From Oopsacas minuta (lineage: Eukaryota; Animalia; Porifera): a stretch of 64,000 nt of DNA. The notes beneath the pieces are model-generated. The model saw only the letters and a program-made list of their open reading frames with translations, made no database searches and had not been told where the DNA came from. A program made the position numbers and the translations under genes. Numbering within the stretch: the stretch's first letter is position 1; the number at the start of each line of letters is the position of its first letter. The stretch covers positions 1,299,883-1,363,882 of the forward strand of contig JAKMXF010000066.1 in NCBI GenBank assembly GCA_024704765.1. The letters are read 5' to 3'. This document shows, one piece after another, positions 40,201-53,402 of the stretch.

Positions 40201-43200
40201 TGTAACATAACAGCTATACAATCTCTAATCAATGCTAAAGTTAAATTGGCATTGAAAAGTGAACAGGAAGGTTTTACACTCTGTCACCTGAAAGGAACTC
40301 TATCACTTGATGTTTTCAAGTATAAGTACGATAATTTGAAATTCTGGACAGGATTTGAGGTCAAAGATGAGAAATCAACTTTTATGGTTTTATCTGAGTT
40401 ACCCAATCTAGAGAAAACTATTATTCACGAACTTAAGGCAATTAAAGTAACAAAACTTGAAAAGTTGGATAAAGAATCTCTTTCCACAATAGCATCATGT
40501 CCATGTTCTGAACCACTTCATGCTGTGTTTCACAAACATAAGCTTACTTTAGATAAAAAGCTTTTCGATAATTCAGATATTTCTGAAATTGTTGCTAAAC
40601 ATGCTGCACCAAAATCAATCGAATTAATCCTCAAAAAGGACAATTCAACTCTTATTCAAGGAAAGGACAATCATCTCTCAATGTTAGAATCAGCTGTTTC
40701 GAATCCAAATTTGGAAGGTTTAAAATTTGTAATAAATTCTATTTCAAAATATTATCCTAATCCCAAAACAGAATCAATATCAAAAATTGAATTACAGTGT
40801 ATTCAAAGCTCATTTTACCTGAGTTTAGCCAACAAAAATACAGACGCATTATCCATACTACTTGACTACCACTTGCCTTTCAAACTGTTATATAGAGGGG
40901 ATAATACATTACTCCATCTAATGATTATGAATTTTGTTTCTCCTGAATTTATTCATGCTCTATTTCTCAGCATCAACAATCAAATCATTAATCTTGAATG
41001 TCCTTATATTGACTTAAGGAATGCTAAAGGAGAGACAGCATTACAACTCAGCATTACAAAAGGACCAATTTTAAATGTGCAAACACTGTTGAAGTATAAT
41101 CCTGATATCTTTTATCAAGACAATGACCGTAATACAAGTCTGCACACTGCAGCTAAGCAAGCAAACACAGAATATGTTGAATGTATCGTAAACGCGGTTG
41201 AGAAGTCTAACCTCAAAATTCTTCTAGATTCGGTTAATTCAAATTCACAAACTCCACTCCATACTTCAGTAATGAATGGCAATTGTAACGTAACAAGATA
41301 TCTGCTAAATTCTGATGCATTCTATCAGACGAGATCCTCTTACGAATACTGTATATTACATCATGCTGTTGAGCTGAAAGATGAGAAGGAACGTAGAGAG
41401 ATGATAGATCTCATATTAGAGTATGAAAATACATTTCACTGTAAGGAAGTCAGTCTTACTACTTATCAAGATGATCTTGGGTATACATCACTTATCAATG
41501 CCATTGTCTTGCGGTATCAGGATGCTGTTGCAAAATTAATTGGATTTGTTGAAACATTGAGGATTTGTGATAATTCAGGATCTTCACCATTACATAATGC
41601 TGTAAAGTCAAATGATGTTGAAATATTCGATATTATCCTAAAGGCAATTTTAGACAGAGAAGATCAAGAAACCAGTTGGTTAGATTACAGGTTAGTCTGC
41701 TACAGAGATAATAAACACCAAACACCTCTACATGTAAGCATAAATACACACAATATTCATGCACTTAAACAACTTTTACTCTCAAAGCCCTGTCTAGATA
41801 CAATTGATTTAGAAGGAAACACTTTACTGCACACAGCAATTAGTCTGGGACATCAAGATTGCTTGGAGATACTACTAACTGAATATTCACATCGTTTTAG
41901 TACTGACTACGCTTATTTCGTATATATGCGAAATTCGAAAGAATTACCTCCATTACAATTTGCAATCAAACAAAAGAGGGTAAAATGTATTGAAATCCTA
42001 TTGAAGAATGGTGTTAACCTCGCGTTTTGTAATTTCTGCGGTGATAGATCATTAGCTGATGGATTAGATAGCCTTTCACTTTCCCTTGTAGAATACAAAG
42101 AAGATGGATACATCTATTGGGTAGGCTATGAATTCTTTGCTGAAAAGAAATTGTGTTGGGTGATATCTTCTTTGCCAAACCTCGACAAAACAATATTGAA
42201 AAGAGATAGTTCAAATATTGTTAAGATTAATAGATTTAATTCAGTTTATTTAGAAGCAGTTAGTAAATCAAATTATTTTGAGCCTTTAAATGCAGCATTA
42301 AGAAACAATATATTATCATTTGATACGAGTTTAGAAGGAAGAAGAGCTGTGGAAAATTGTTTCGCAATACGGCACTAAACAATCACTGCGATGCCTTCTT
42401 TCCAAAATGAAGTCTAACCTGTTCACTAGATTGGACGAAATGGATTCAATCATTGAATATGCTATTCCAAACACTGACAATGACGCATTGGAATTCCTAC
42501 TCGAGAGCCTCCCCGAATTTCATGAAGAGCTCATTCCCAAATGTGAAGGAAGTGAGAAATATTCCGAAAATATTCAGATATGTTTTTGTTTTCGAAGGTC
42601 GTTTGAAAAGAGTATTTTGAATCAAACTCCAGATGCACTAATTTCTCTCCTCAAACATTTTCCAAAGCTGGACTACACATATGGTGAAAGAGACAATACA
42701 TTAATACACCTTATGATTGTCCAAGATAAATCTTGTGAATTTATTAATCGCGTTTTAGAATGGATCTCTCAATCTATCAAATTGACGAGTAAATATTCTA
42801 GTGTACTAGATTTGAAAAATTCTTTAGGACAAACTATGTTACATTCTTGTATACATGCTAAACAATGGGATAATTTGAATGTTCTCTTGAAACACAAACC
42901 AGATCTTTATGTGCAAGATATTAATGGTGAAACCTCGCTACATTATGCTGTTAAAACAGAAGATTTACTTTATGTACAAATTATTCATGAAAATGCCCCC
43001 AATCAGCAAACCTTTCTGCCAATAAGAAACTTGAATGGCGACACAGCTCTGCATCTAGCCATACAAAATGGTAATATCGAAGTAACCAATTTTCTTCTTC
43101 AATCAAAATCTCCATTCTATCCACATAAAGACGATAAATCAACAATACTACATATAGCAGTTGAATTTCTAGATTCAGTAAAACGAATGGCCCTTATTGA

Positions 43201-43777
43201 AACAATTTTGAAAAATGAGCCTGAACCTTCTTCAGGTTCTGACAGAATTATTACACGTCTGAAAAATCATAACGGCTACACGCCATTACATCTAGCTATA
43301 GAACGGAAATATTCTGACGTAGTAAACATTCTTTTAGGTGTTGATATAGGAGCAATGTATATCCGAGATGATAATGAGCGAACACCCCTTCATCTTGCAA
43401 TAATCCCATCATTCTCAGATGGTCAAAAATGTACAGAGGTATCCACAATTCATCAACCGATCCTCGACAGCGTACTGAATGCTTGTGAAAAATTGGATGG
43501 AAAGCACGAAGAAAACACCCCTTGCAGTGCAAAACACTTAATTTGTATTCAAGATAAGCATAAAAGAACTGCTATGCACGATGCTATACAACATCTGAAT
43601 GTTTATGCATTTACAGAACTTCTAAAAACAGGTTCATGTCTAGATATCCCAGATGAAGAAGGTAATATACTGACCCATGAGGCTGTTAAAAACCCTGATG
43701 ATATCACCTATCGGATATTACTAGTTGAGGAGTTGAAGAGGAGATATCCAGATACACTATATGATTGTTTCCAATGA
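31285..43777 (+). CDS. Giant ankyrin-repeat protein with ~590-aa super-repeats; one frameshift near 42335; ~4,160 aa if joined
   Basis: ORF 31285-42378 plus ORF 42407-43777, whose frame is open from 42335 and continues the repeat pattern. Dozens of GxTPLHxA-type ankyrin motifs. Possible upstream micro-exon at 30607-30634. Could be a pseudogene or contain an assembly error. Confidence 0.85.
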
Positions 43778-43989
43778 CTTGTGGCAAGAATTGATCTTCA
43801 TGAGATATGTATGTTATGATAAATTACAAAACATTTATTGCTACCTTTTTCCTATTTATATGACGATCTTCCTATATTTTATCTTCTTGTATATTCCATT
43901 GTGTCTTCCATTGTATTTCCCTTCTCCCAAATGTGAATCTGAATTATTCCTCTATGACACTGATAAAGATCGCGGGACAGTTGGCAAGG

Positions 43990-44242
43990 ATGCACCAGCA
44001 GATTGACCGATTTTTTAGCATCCAAAATATAATCGGCCAAATTATTCTTCATTGTCACATTTCGGGCCAATTCTGGACGGATTTTCATTATATCTGTGCG
44101 CATATATAAACCGAAAACGCAAGGTACATGGAAAAAGAAAATTGTCAGAAGGCTTCGAATGAAACCACGTATGAGCCTGTAGCTCCAAATTTTGCTGATT
44201 TTATGCATGCTTTATAAAATTTCGGTAAATCTGCTGGTGCAT
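43990..44242. mobile_element. MITE-like element, 253 bp
   Basis: Inverted ends ATGCACCAGCAGATT(G/T)ACCGA (20/21). Confidence 0.6.
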
Positions 44243-44738
44243 AGTGGAATTTTCAGGAATCCAATATTCTCCAATGAAAAACAATGCATCCTCGAATCCA
44301 TTATATCATTTTTATGATATATTGTGAAAGCTTCCTATTAACTCAACTGAATATCAACTGTATTTGGTTTCAATATTGATTTTTTCGACCTGGAAATATT
44401 TTTTAAATGTGGAATAATTTTAGAAGAATTTCATTGATCATAATAATATACGAAAATTGATTATTGCTACAATAAATAATCTACATTATGAGCTACGCGT
44501 TAGCTGTAATTTGAATCCACTTCATTGCAGATTGCACTTCTTATTTATCCCTGGTGCCTAAAATATTGTCGATTCCAGGAGGTCCTTATATTCCGTAATT
44601 AATGGGTCAGGTAAGAGTTCATGAGCTGACCCGTCTGACCATTTGGCAAGCCTGCTGTAATTGCAGAAATGCACAATATGGTTATCTAATATATAACAAT
44701 AGATGATGCGGGATTATAGGCCGATTTCTATAAACGAT

Positions 44739-45039
44739 GTGGCTACAGTACCGGTACCGGGATTGTGCAAGTTCACCTTGGAGCACCGGTGTAACTGCCT
44801 AGATTAGCCTCCCAACCCAGTTTCCCGGATATAGTCTTGGCTAGTCCAGATTAAGCCCCGGGATTAATCTAGGCCAGCCCAGATTATACCCCCATTTGAG
44901 GGTATAACCTGGGCTAAAATGTATAATCTGGGCTAGCCCGGTTTATACCTGGGGGTTAATTTAGGCTATCCCAGACTATACCCGGGGTTAAACTGGGTTG
45001 GGAGGTTAATCTAGGCTGTTACACCGGTACTGTAGCCAC
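44739..45039. mobile_element. Foldback-type (long palindromic) non-autonomous element, 301 bp
   Basis: Arms begin GTGGCTACAGTACCGGT / ACCGGTACTGTAGCCAC and remain imperfectly complementary for over 100 bp; internal CCCAGATTATAC-like subrepeats. Confidence 0.75.
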
Positions 45040-45217
45040 TCTCTTCTATAAAACATAAATATTGGAATCCAATATCCATGGTTACATATCTAAATAATCT
45101 AATAAGCTTATAAGGGACCATTTTTGTCAAATTACTGCGCCTGTTTTCCATTACTTATCCAAGATACAGAATTACATATGTACTGAAAGCCACTAGCATA
45201 TTATTACGTCACACAAA

Positions 45218-48200
45218 ATGTCTATTGGAGTACCCAAGAGAAGAGAACACAGAATGGGTGTAAATGATCGAACCTTTTCCTCAGATGCCTTGACTCAACT
45301 ATACGATCCTAACCAGAAGATATTGATACTCCCTGAGCACGAACTACGTAGAATGACTAACAGTAGTCTTGAGCAGAGAAAACGTAAGACAGAATTAGCA
45401 AAACGGAGGCAAGAAGAGAAGGAAGCATTGAAACAAAAGGCTAGAGACATCGTGAAGAAATGGGACAATACTATTGAAGGGAATAGATTGAGGAAATTAG
45501 AAGCTAGGAGGATACAAGCTGAGAAAGATGAGTTAGAGAGACAGAGACTTGATGCAGAAGAAGAGAAATATAGGTGAGCACTGATACGATCTGACTATTG
45601 ATAAATGATCTCAAACGCTATATACTATTATTCCTATAGCTAGGTTGCCAATTGCCATTGTCATTCTCTTTTATGATGTTTGATGCTGATCTTTTACTAT
45701 AAGTCAATAGAATTAGTTTTGACTATATGATTTTCTTGAATATTCTTGGCACAAAATGCTATTTTCAGCTTCACAATAATATCTCAAGGGCGTAACTAGC
45801 ACTGAGTCAGATGGGGCATGCTTCCTTGCTTTTTCATCGTTGCTTCATCGCCATAGAGTAATCGCTATTAGATTAAGACAAATATTCATCCTAGCTTCCT
45901 CGCTCTGAGATATATATATATTATGTTACATGAGAATATCTTATTTGCCAAAATTCCTTTTTTTGTGATCCGCAAAGTTTCATCCAGGTTCTCATTGTAT
46001 TAATAATTTCCTTGATAATTCCCTCAATATTTCTCTCAGATCAGAAGAGAAGAAGGTTGTGCTAGAGAAGGCAAATCAGCTACGTTACTTCCAAACAGAT
46101 AGAGTTAAGCATCTACACAGAGGCCTGGTACTCAGCGAGGTATTGAAGGAGAGACATCAACAAGTTAAACTTAAGCAAAATATTGAGACTGAGAGAGCTA
46201 GGAGAGATGATAAGTTTATTGAGTTGGAAAAGAAGGAGAGGGAAGTGAAGGAATTAGAAGAGAAAAAGAAGAAGGAACATAGGATTAAAGAAGTATGGTG
46301 ATCAAATACGTTGTTAACTCTCGTTATATCGAACACGGATAAGAAATACCACTTTAGATCCAAGTCCAAAATTGTTTAAATATGGTCTCAAACCTTCAAA
46401 GTATTATAAATTACATCGGCTATATCAAAGTAATTATCGCGGTCCCTTGAGCTTCAATATAACTGATGAAAAATTGAAAATATACTACTTTGAATGTTTG
46501 GGACTATCTTTGTACAATTTACGACTGCGATATAAGCGAGTATTTCTATATAACCATGTTCGATAGAACAGGAGTTGACTGTACTTGTTGTGGCTTCAAA
46601 TGGTAATATCTTAGTATTTATGTGTAGATGTTTCGCCGCTCGAGGTACGTGCCTAGATGAATTTTATGATGCATAGTGTTCCCAATCTTGGCCTGCATAA
46701 AAAGTGTAGTCGTATATGAGAGGAGGTCCTCAGTAATTTATTGATATAGAGATCCACTTCACAACAGGTTGGGATACACAACCTTATGATCTAGCCTCAA
46801 GTAACTATTTTCGTGGGGAATTCTTTCGAAAAATACAAAATATTTTGTGAAACTCTAATTTGGCACAAATTCCAAAAGCCACGTAAGAGCTCCAATATCA
46901 CCACAGAAGGCCATTAAATGGAATTTGGATGGACCATGGATAGTAAAAAATTAACCTCAAGGCACGTAGTGTCGAGTATATCCCGTCGCGTAGCGACCCA
47001 AAAGCACGACAAATGTAGCTGTTTGATACTTATGCTAAGACAGTAGACAAAGCTCAAGGAAATTCCGCCCATCCCGCAGTGACCTAGCTAGCGAAAGCTA
47101 GTATTATAAAATATAAATACATTAAATCCACCATATGTGATTAAATAACTAATAATCATATAAGGAGAGTATTTTTGTAAAAGCAATATATATAATTACA
47201 ACCAATCTGACGACTATATATTTAGTCTATGAGTAGATTGTTACTCATTACTAAGCCATAAGCTTAGCATATAATTACTTTCTTATAACAAAATCTGTAC
47301 AAAACATTTACGCATTACTGAATTCGTCTAATAACTTTTGTGTAATCATTTTACTTTATTAAATGTATTATTTAATTATAAATCTGTTCATTTTCTTCTC
47401 ATATTTTATTGTAGTTTAATCAGTTTATTTCCTCTTAATGACAGTAACTAGATATGAGTTGATAAAGTTGCAAAGGCGTTGGTCCTTTGGGGGCCTGTTC
47501 CACTCAGGTCGGATGCCTGCCGTGCATTTTTCACTAACAAACTTAATATTTGCTTAACTGTCATTTTGTAAGAAAATTTTTGTGAAAATATTTAATTTCT
47601 TAATATTCAATATTGAAGATATTTGATAGTGATTGTAGATATATTCTATGGTGAATTATTGAATCAATTCTGAAACTCTTTCTGAGTATCAAATCTCATT
47701 CAAATTCTTTGAATTTTTTGAAATTATACTAATGTTAGTTATGATAGTATGAAGGAGACTTTGTTGGGTGAGTGGAACAGGATTGTCACAATTATTTTCC
47801 ATTCAACTTCATAATAATTAATTCTTATTATTCATACTGATTTGTAGATACTTACAAATTTTGTCCTCCCACGGCCTGGCCTGAAACTTGGAAAGAATGA
47901 CGCGTTAGCCAAGTTGTCTATACAGTAAAACCTCCAACAAGTGAACACTTTTTCTCGGTCCCAAATTTTTCCCATTGTGCGAGACTTAAACTGTAGGCTC
48001 CATTATACCTAGGTCTAATTCCACTTATATGAGATTGATTGTAATAATCAGGTTGTTAATTAGACCAATTACATCTAGTTCAGACTTTCTACTACGTAAT
48101 CTACTCTCGTGTCTCGTGTAAAATTCGATTAATAAAACTAGAGTTGAAATTGTATTATTTTAATTACACAAATATTTTGTCCTCAAAACTCGTATAATTG

Positions 48201-51200
48201 GTAGAGAAATAGGATATTAGCTGTAAATATCTTCAATTATTTGTTTATTGGATATTTTGTATATTTTCCTCATGGTTTAGAAATGGACAAAACCTTGTCT
48301 GGTTTCTCCTGCTTTGACTATTAGTTATTGGGATTGCCGGTCTGTCAGGTCATGAAAAAGTTGTTGGGTCCCCTCTCTGCTATATATAGCCGATCTTACA
48401 TAGTTATTTCATAATTCTGTTTACTGGCTACTCGGTTCACAGTAGAACCTCCGAAGCCAGGAGGTTGGGCCTCAAAATTTGGTCCCCGCTTCTCCGCTTT
48501 CAGAGGTTCATTTGTATAAAATTGATGTATGTAATTGAAGCCTATTTACCCTCCGTTTGTGAGAGATTCCCGCTTCGTAGGCCCACTCCTCAGGTTCCAC
48601 TGTAATTCAACGTATAGGCGTTGCAATCTTTCTGGCAAATTATCATGATTAAACTGATTATCTTAGGAAGCTGCTTGCAGACAAGAACAGCTAAAACAAG
48701 TTCAATCAAAGCTTGAAACAGCTGAAAGTGACCGTGCACAGCAACTGACAGAGCAGAAAGAATTAGACAGGCTAGCTGAGGAATATCTTAAGGAAGAAGA
48801 TCTGAAAGAACAAGCAAAGAGAAAACAGATGATTGAGTACAGGAGTGAGCTGGAACATCAACAGGTTAAGATGGAGGAAGCTAGACAGGCTGCTGAACAG
48901 AAGGCAATAATAGAGGAGAATAGGAATGCTATATTTGTGACTACAAAGCGTGACATGGTGGTAAAGAGGAAGGCTAAGGAAAAAGAGCTATTAGGTAAGA
49001 ACAACAATTCTAACAACTTATATTAGTGTGTTAATATCAAGGGTGAAACCGCTTAAACCGAATATTAGCTATCTTTCTCTTCCTTATTTATTATAGCGAT
49101 AATTCTAGCATTAAACAGAGGCTATTTTCATATATAATACAACTTCATATTTCAACTGTAAATACTGAAATCTTAACCTGATTACGTAATCGTTGTATGT
49201 TTCTGATCTATACATTCACACTCCCTTTCAGCATACAGTAGATAGTATATATCTGAATATAGATTATAGTAGAACCTCTACAAGTGAGGGAGATCAGGCC
49301 GGCGAATCTCCTGATAACTCACATTCCTCATTTATACTTTCAAACGCAAATGTCCTTTATGAGTAAATATCTATAGTCACTTCATCCAACGACTGTGTTT
49401 TCAGTGATATTTGATTATAAGAATATGCCCTAAGTTTGTTGGTTGAATATCAAATTTGTAAGAAATTTTCTTCTGACAAACCGAAAAATTTCAATTCAAC
49501 ATAGTGATAACAGGTGTTTTCCTAATTTTACACAAAAATTGATTACTCAATAAACTCTATCGTATAATTCCCCACTTATAGAGGTAAATTTCAATGGTGT
49601 GAGGCATAATTTCCTCTAAAGTTTGCCCCACTTCCCGCTTATAGAGCTTCGTTTCTATGGAAATGAATGAAGATGGACCAAGATTGCCACACATATAGAG
49701 GTCCCCCACTTATAGAAGTTGATCTGTATCTTATAATGAATGGAAACTGAGTTATCCGTGTTCTACTGTAGCATACAAATATTGCTTCTAATAAGACAAT
49801 TTTTAACCTGAAGTGGAGAGTTTACAAATACCTTGGCGCATAACTTGGTATCTAGCTAGTACTTAGTTACAACAAGTTGTAGGAGATTTTGTGCACATGG
49901 ATTGCCCTTCCAGGTCCACGGTAGAGCTATGAGATGCGCGATTTCGGTCTGGAAATACTGACGTCAGTGATTAACCTCGCTATGCTTTTGCCAACGATTT
50001 TATACTCAACATTATGAAGGATAATAATTACAAACTATTGAAATCTAATTTACTACTAAATGTATACAATAATGTAAGTTTAAAACACAAGGTTACTATC
50101 GCAATCTTCTCTGTGTGTTTCATCTGTCACGTGTTGAATTGTGTGTTGTCTACCGATTAATTTGGTGAGTTTGAAGACATTATTTGGATAGAATTTGATG
50201 GAAGCTGTAGTTAGTGTGACTGATGTCCTGTAGTTCTTCATCAAACCTTACCCAATAGAAGAAAGATTGTATTCTTCATTGGAAGAAGGAAGGGAAGATT
50301 CGAATTCAATTCAGCATACTTGATTACCTCTGTATAGAGGGGAAAACTTCTATCAATATTTGAAATTTCATAATTTGGTGTCATTTTATTCGTAAACAAC
50401 AACAACAAACATATACATTAGGGAAATAAATACTAAATAGCATCATCACACTTGATCCCATGAGGGGGTCAGAAGAATTAGTATTTATTCTAAAAAGATT
50501 TTTCTATTTTTTACTCATAAACTTTCAACACTTCATAAAATCTCAAATGTTGATGTAGGAATGTCAAATTGTCTGAGAATATACCAGCATGATGAGTAGA
50601 AGATTTGATTGGGTTTATCTTGCTTGCGCTAGAGAACCCGAGCTTTATTGAAGGATTATTATTATTTATAGTAAAGTTTGTATATGCTATAGATCTATAA
50701 GTCTTGATGCATGTCTAATCCCAACTGTCAGATTATACATGCAGAGAAAGTATATAAAGTTACATGGGTTTTATCTTTCTCTCAGGGCATGACCAAACCT
50801 TAACTATTCATTGACTTAATTAACTTCAAACATTTAAGGTGAGCTGCGTAACCTACAAGATCACCTGATAGACAAGTTGTCGATTCACATGGCTCAACAG
50901 GTAGACACTGAAGACTTGAGAATAGCAGAAGCTCAGAGACAGGGAGAAGAAAAGAGACAGAAACAAGAACAGGTATCTGTGATATTCACCACTCTAATAT
51001 ACGTACGCTATGTTTGTAGCTTCTTGTACAAAATTCATTTCCAATATATGTTTATCATCTGAGATACCCGTTAATTATTTTCTTAATTATTTTCTAATGC
51101 TACTGTAAAATTTTCTATAAAAATAGTGGCAAGGTATACATATTTAAAACTTTGGAATAATTGCTTTGACAACCAAAATCTCATCATTCGATTTTTTTGA

Positions 51201-52204
51201 ATTTTCTGTACACTTCTATAGCCTAAAAATCAAGGTTGAAACCGAATACTATTTGGCAAGTAGTTCAGTATTCAGCATTCGGTTGGTCTAAACTCTATTG
51301 CTCTAAACCGAGTATTACCAGTATTCGTTTCGGCTGGTATTCATGAATACTGATATTCGGTTCGAGCGGTTTCAATCTTTGCTAAAAATATACAATAGAT
51401 GAAACAACCTGACACTTTGATAACTATCTATGCACCTATTTCTAATTTATACATGATACCTAGGCGTATATAGACCAGGACAAGCCCTGAAATTATCTGG
51501 GCGTATTATAGGTGAGGACATCACCACCTTGGAACCTCAAGTGCCTCCCCTGACATGACATCATCTTTACCCGCCCTGACTCAATGATGATGCCATGCAT
51601 CATTTTATGATGGTTGTTATGTCTCTAGGTAAAATTTGAAAATAGAGAAGAGCTGACTAAAGATTGCAAATTACACGCCCAGAAGGTTTTACGTGAACAG
51701 GAAAGACTCCAAACAGAAGAAATTGAGAAAGGGAGGGAAGAACTTAGCAGGAGAGTTGATGCGGATCGCCGTTTCCATGAACAACAAGCAAAAATTCATT
51801 TAGAACAAATTGAAGAGTCTAAATGTTTGCAACAGAATTTAATGGATCAAGTAAAATTCGAGTATGAGAAGAAACAAACTGAACGTGACGACAATAAATT
51901 CATTGCAGATCTCAACTATAAAATGTTGAAACAGGAAGAGAAACAATTTCAAAATTACAGTACAAAACTTATAGAACAAGTCCACAAGGAAAATCCTAAC
52001 ATTTATCCGCTAGTCCAGGCAGCTAAATCAGGAGGAGGTGGGGGTCATGGTCCAATTTATGACGGTAAGGGGGGTATACGTCCTAGTTTTCAAGTAAGAG
52101 ACGCTACTGCTATTGAAATGCCATCCTACATTCCTCATAACCAAGTACCAAGACGAGGCTATCGTAGAGGTGAGACACAAAAACGACTCGGATTTAACCT
52201 ATAA
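45218..52204 (+). CDS. CFAP210: Cilia- and flagella-associated protein 210 (CCDC173), 5 exons, 548 aa
   Basis: Exons 45218-45573, 46040-46292, 48667-48994, 50839-50972 and 51629-52204 join in phase (1647 nt). Motifs KWDNTIEG...LEA, YFQTDRVKHLHRGLVLSEVLKER and C-terminal GGGHGPIY...GGIRPSF...KRLGF match CFAP210 as I recall it. Confidence 0.88.
46311..46581. mobile_element. CAGT(T/C)AACTC-family MITE in CFAP210 intron 2
   Basis: Ends TTGTTAACTCTCGTTATATCGAAC / GTTCGATAGAACAGGAGTTGACTG then TA; an internal segment (46421-46466) matches the 60904-61005 copy in reverse. Confidence 0.65.
48440..48602. mobile_element. CAGTAGAACC-family MITE in CFAP210 intron 2
   Basis: Ends CAGTAGAACCT / AGGTTCCACTG then TA. 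Confidence 0.55.
49267..49768. mobile_element. Composite or degenerate CAGTAGAAC-type MITE(s) in CFAP210 intron 3
   Basis: Left TAGTAGAACCTCTACAAGTG; internal CCCACTTATAGAG repeats; right-end-like sequences at ~49728 and 49768 (GTTCTACTG then TA). Confidence 0.5.
51231..51381. mobile_element. hAT-type MITE, 151 bp, in CFAP210 intron 4
   Basis: TIR CAAGGTTGAAACCG / CGGTTTCAATCTTTG and a perfect 8-bp TSD CTAAAAAT (51223-51230, 51382-51389). Confidence 0.85.
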
Positions 52205-52703
52205 TGAATTGTGTCTTTCAATATCATCCGTAACCCAATCACTTAAATATACTCTCTGTTATTCTACTCAATAATATATTATATACTCACTCGATCATGA
52301 AATTTGTTCGTTTCTTTATAAAGCACACGCTATTTAACTGGATTGTGTAGTAACTGTCTGTGCAGCACTTCAACTATAGGCAGGCTATAGGCAGAGTGGA
52401 CCATGAGTCGATGGGTCTGGTTCGACAGATGATCCATGACCCATCGAGTGATCACATCTCAAAATATATATTTACCAACGAACGAGTAATTGATTCCATT
52501 TTCTCTTAAATATATATGAGAATTAGGCTATATAAAATATCTGTAATTTTAAAGTTCGTAAGTGAAGGTATTGTAATCAAGAAAATATCTAGTTTATCAT
52601 ATCCTTGTCATATTTGGAAGTTAATTAGAATTGTTCAACATATGAAAATCTATTTGCTTGATATTTGATGTGCTTTTCTCACTTTTTGTGCTCGTAGTCC
52701 TAC

Positions 52704-52937
52704 CAGGGGCGCAGCCAAGTTAGTGCGGCTGTACACTATCCTGAAAATCTACCCGGCACCTCACGTATAACTTGATGGATAATAATGGATAAAATATATT
52801 TCACAAGCAGCTTGATCATTGGAACATTATATGTATGTACATTATTAATTATAAGTTATTACTATACATTGTAGTACCGAAATTTCTCACGCCACCTGCG
52901 CACCACCAACTAATCACACAACCTGGCTATGCCACTG
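52704..52937. mobile_element. Probable MITE with CAG(G/T)GGC ends
   Basis: Imperfect TIR CAGGGGCGCAGCCA / TGGCTATGCCACTG; no TSD found. Confidence 0.45.
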
Positions 52938-53402
52938 GTTTAACAGTACCCACAAGAAACAGGAATATTATTACCTGATTCTTAGATTTGAGAGAAATTG
53001 AGTATAATGCAAACCTGGGGCCTTATTTACTAACAAAACTAAAAATTTGTAAGTAATTTACTAATTACAATCTATTCCCCAAACTCCTGAGTATTTATCA
53101 AAACAATGACGTCACGCTTAACCAAAATTTTACAAATCTTTGTCGAAAGCATAGAATCTGACTACTAATTAAATTGTCTTAATCTTTTATGATTTTTCAA
53201 TCAAAAAGTTAAACAAATCTTTAGTTTGTAAATGAAACAACCTCGTTTGGCGAATTTAAGAGAATATTAATAACTTAGTTATCTTCGATATTAAATCACT
53301 TTAGTAATATAATAGTCTCATGTTACTTAAACTACATATGTACTGCGTCGTATAAATTAATGGTTGATATATCATAATTAATGTGTCTATACATCATACA
53401 TA

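Noticed and set aside
31285-43777. Bacterial contamination or very recent HGT for the intron-poor ankyrin ORF
   Set aside because: Base composition is like the flanks, a plausible spliced 5' micro-exon exists, and the host RNF213 also has a >7-kb exon. Ancient HGT cannot be excluded without phylogeny.
43761-44208. ORFs 43761-44006 (+) and 43879-44208 (-)
   Set aside because: They run across MITE ends, have no recognisable motif, and do not continue the ankyrin pattern.
45073-45086. RFX X-box upstream of ciliary gene CFAP210 (ATATCCATGGTTAC)
   Set aside because: Two mismatches to the X-box consensus; too weak to call without conservation data.
46975-47101. Helitron-like 3' end (hairpins, CTAG then T) in CFAP210 intron 2
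   Set aside because: The 5' end could not be identified and there is no second copy in the window; evidence is insufficient.
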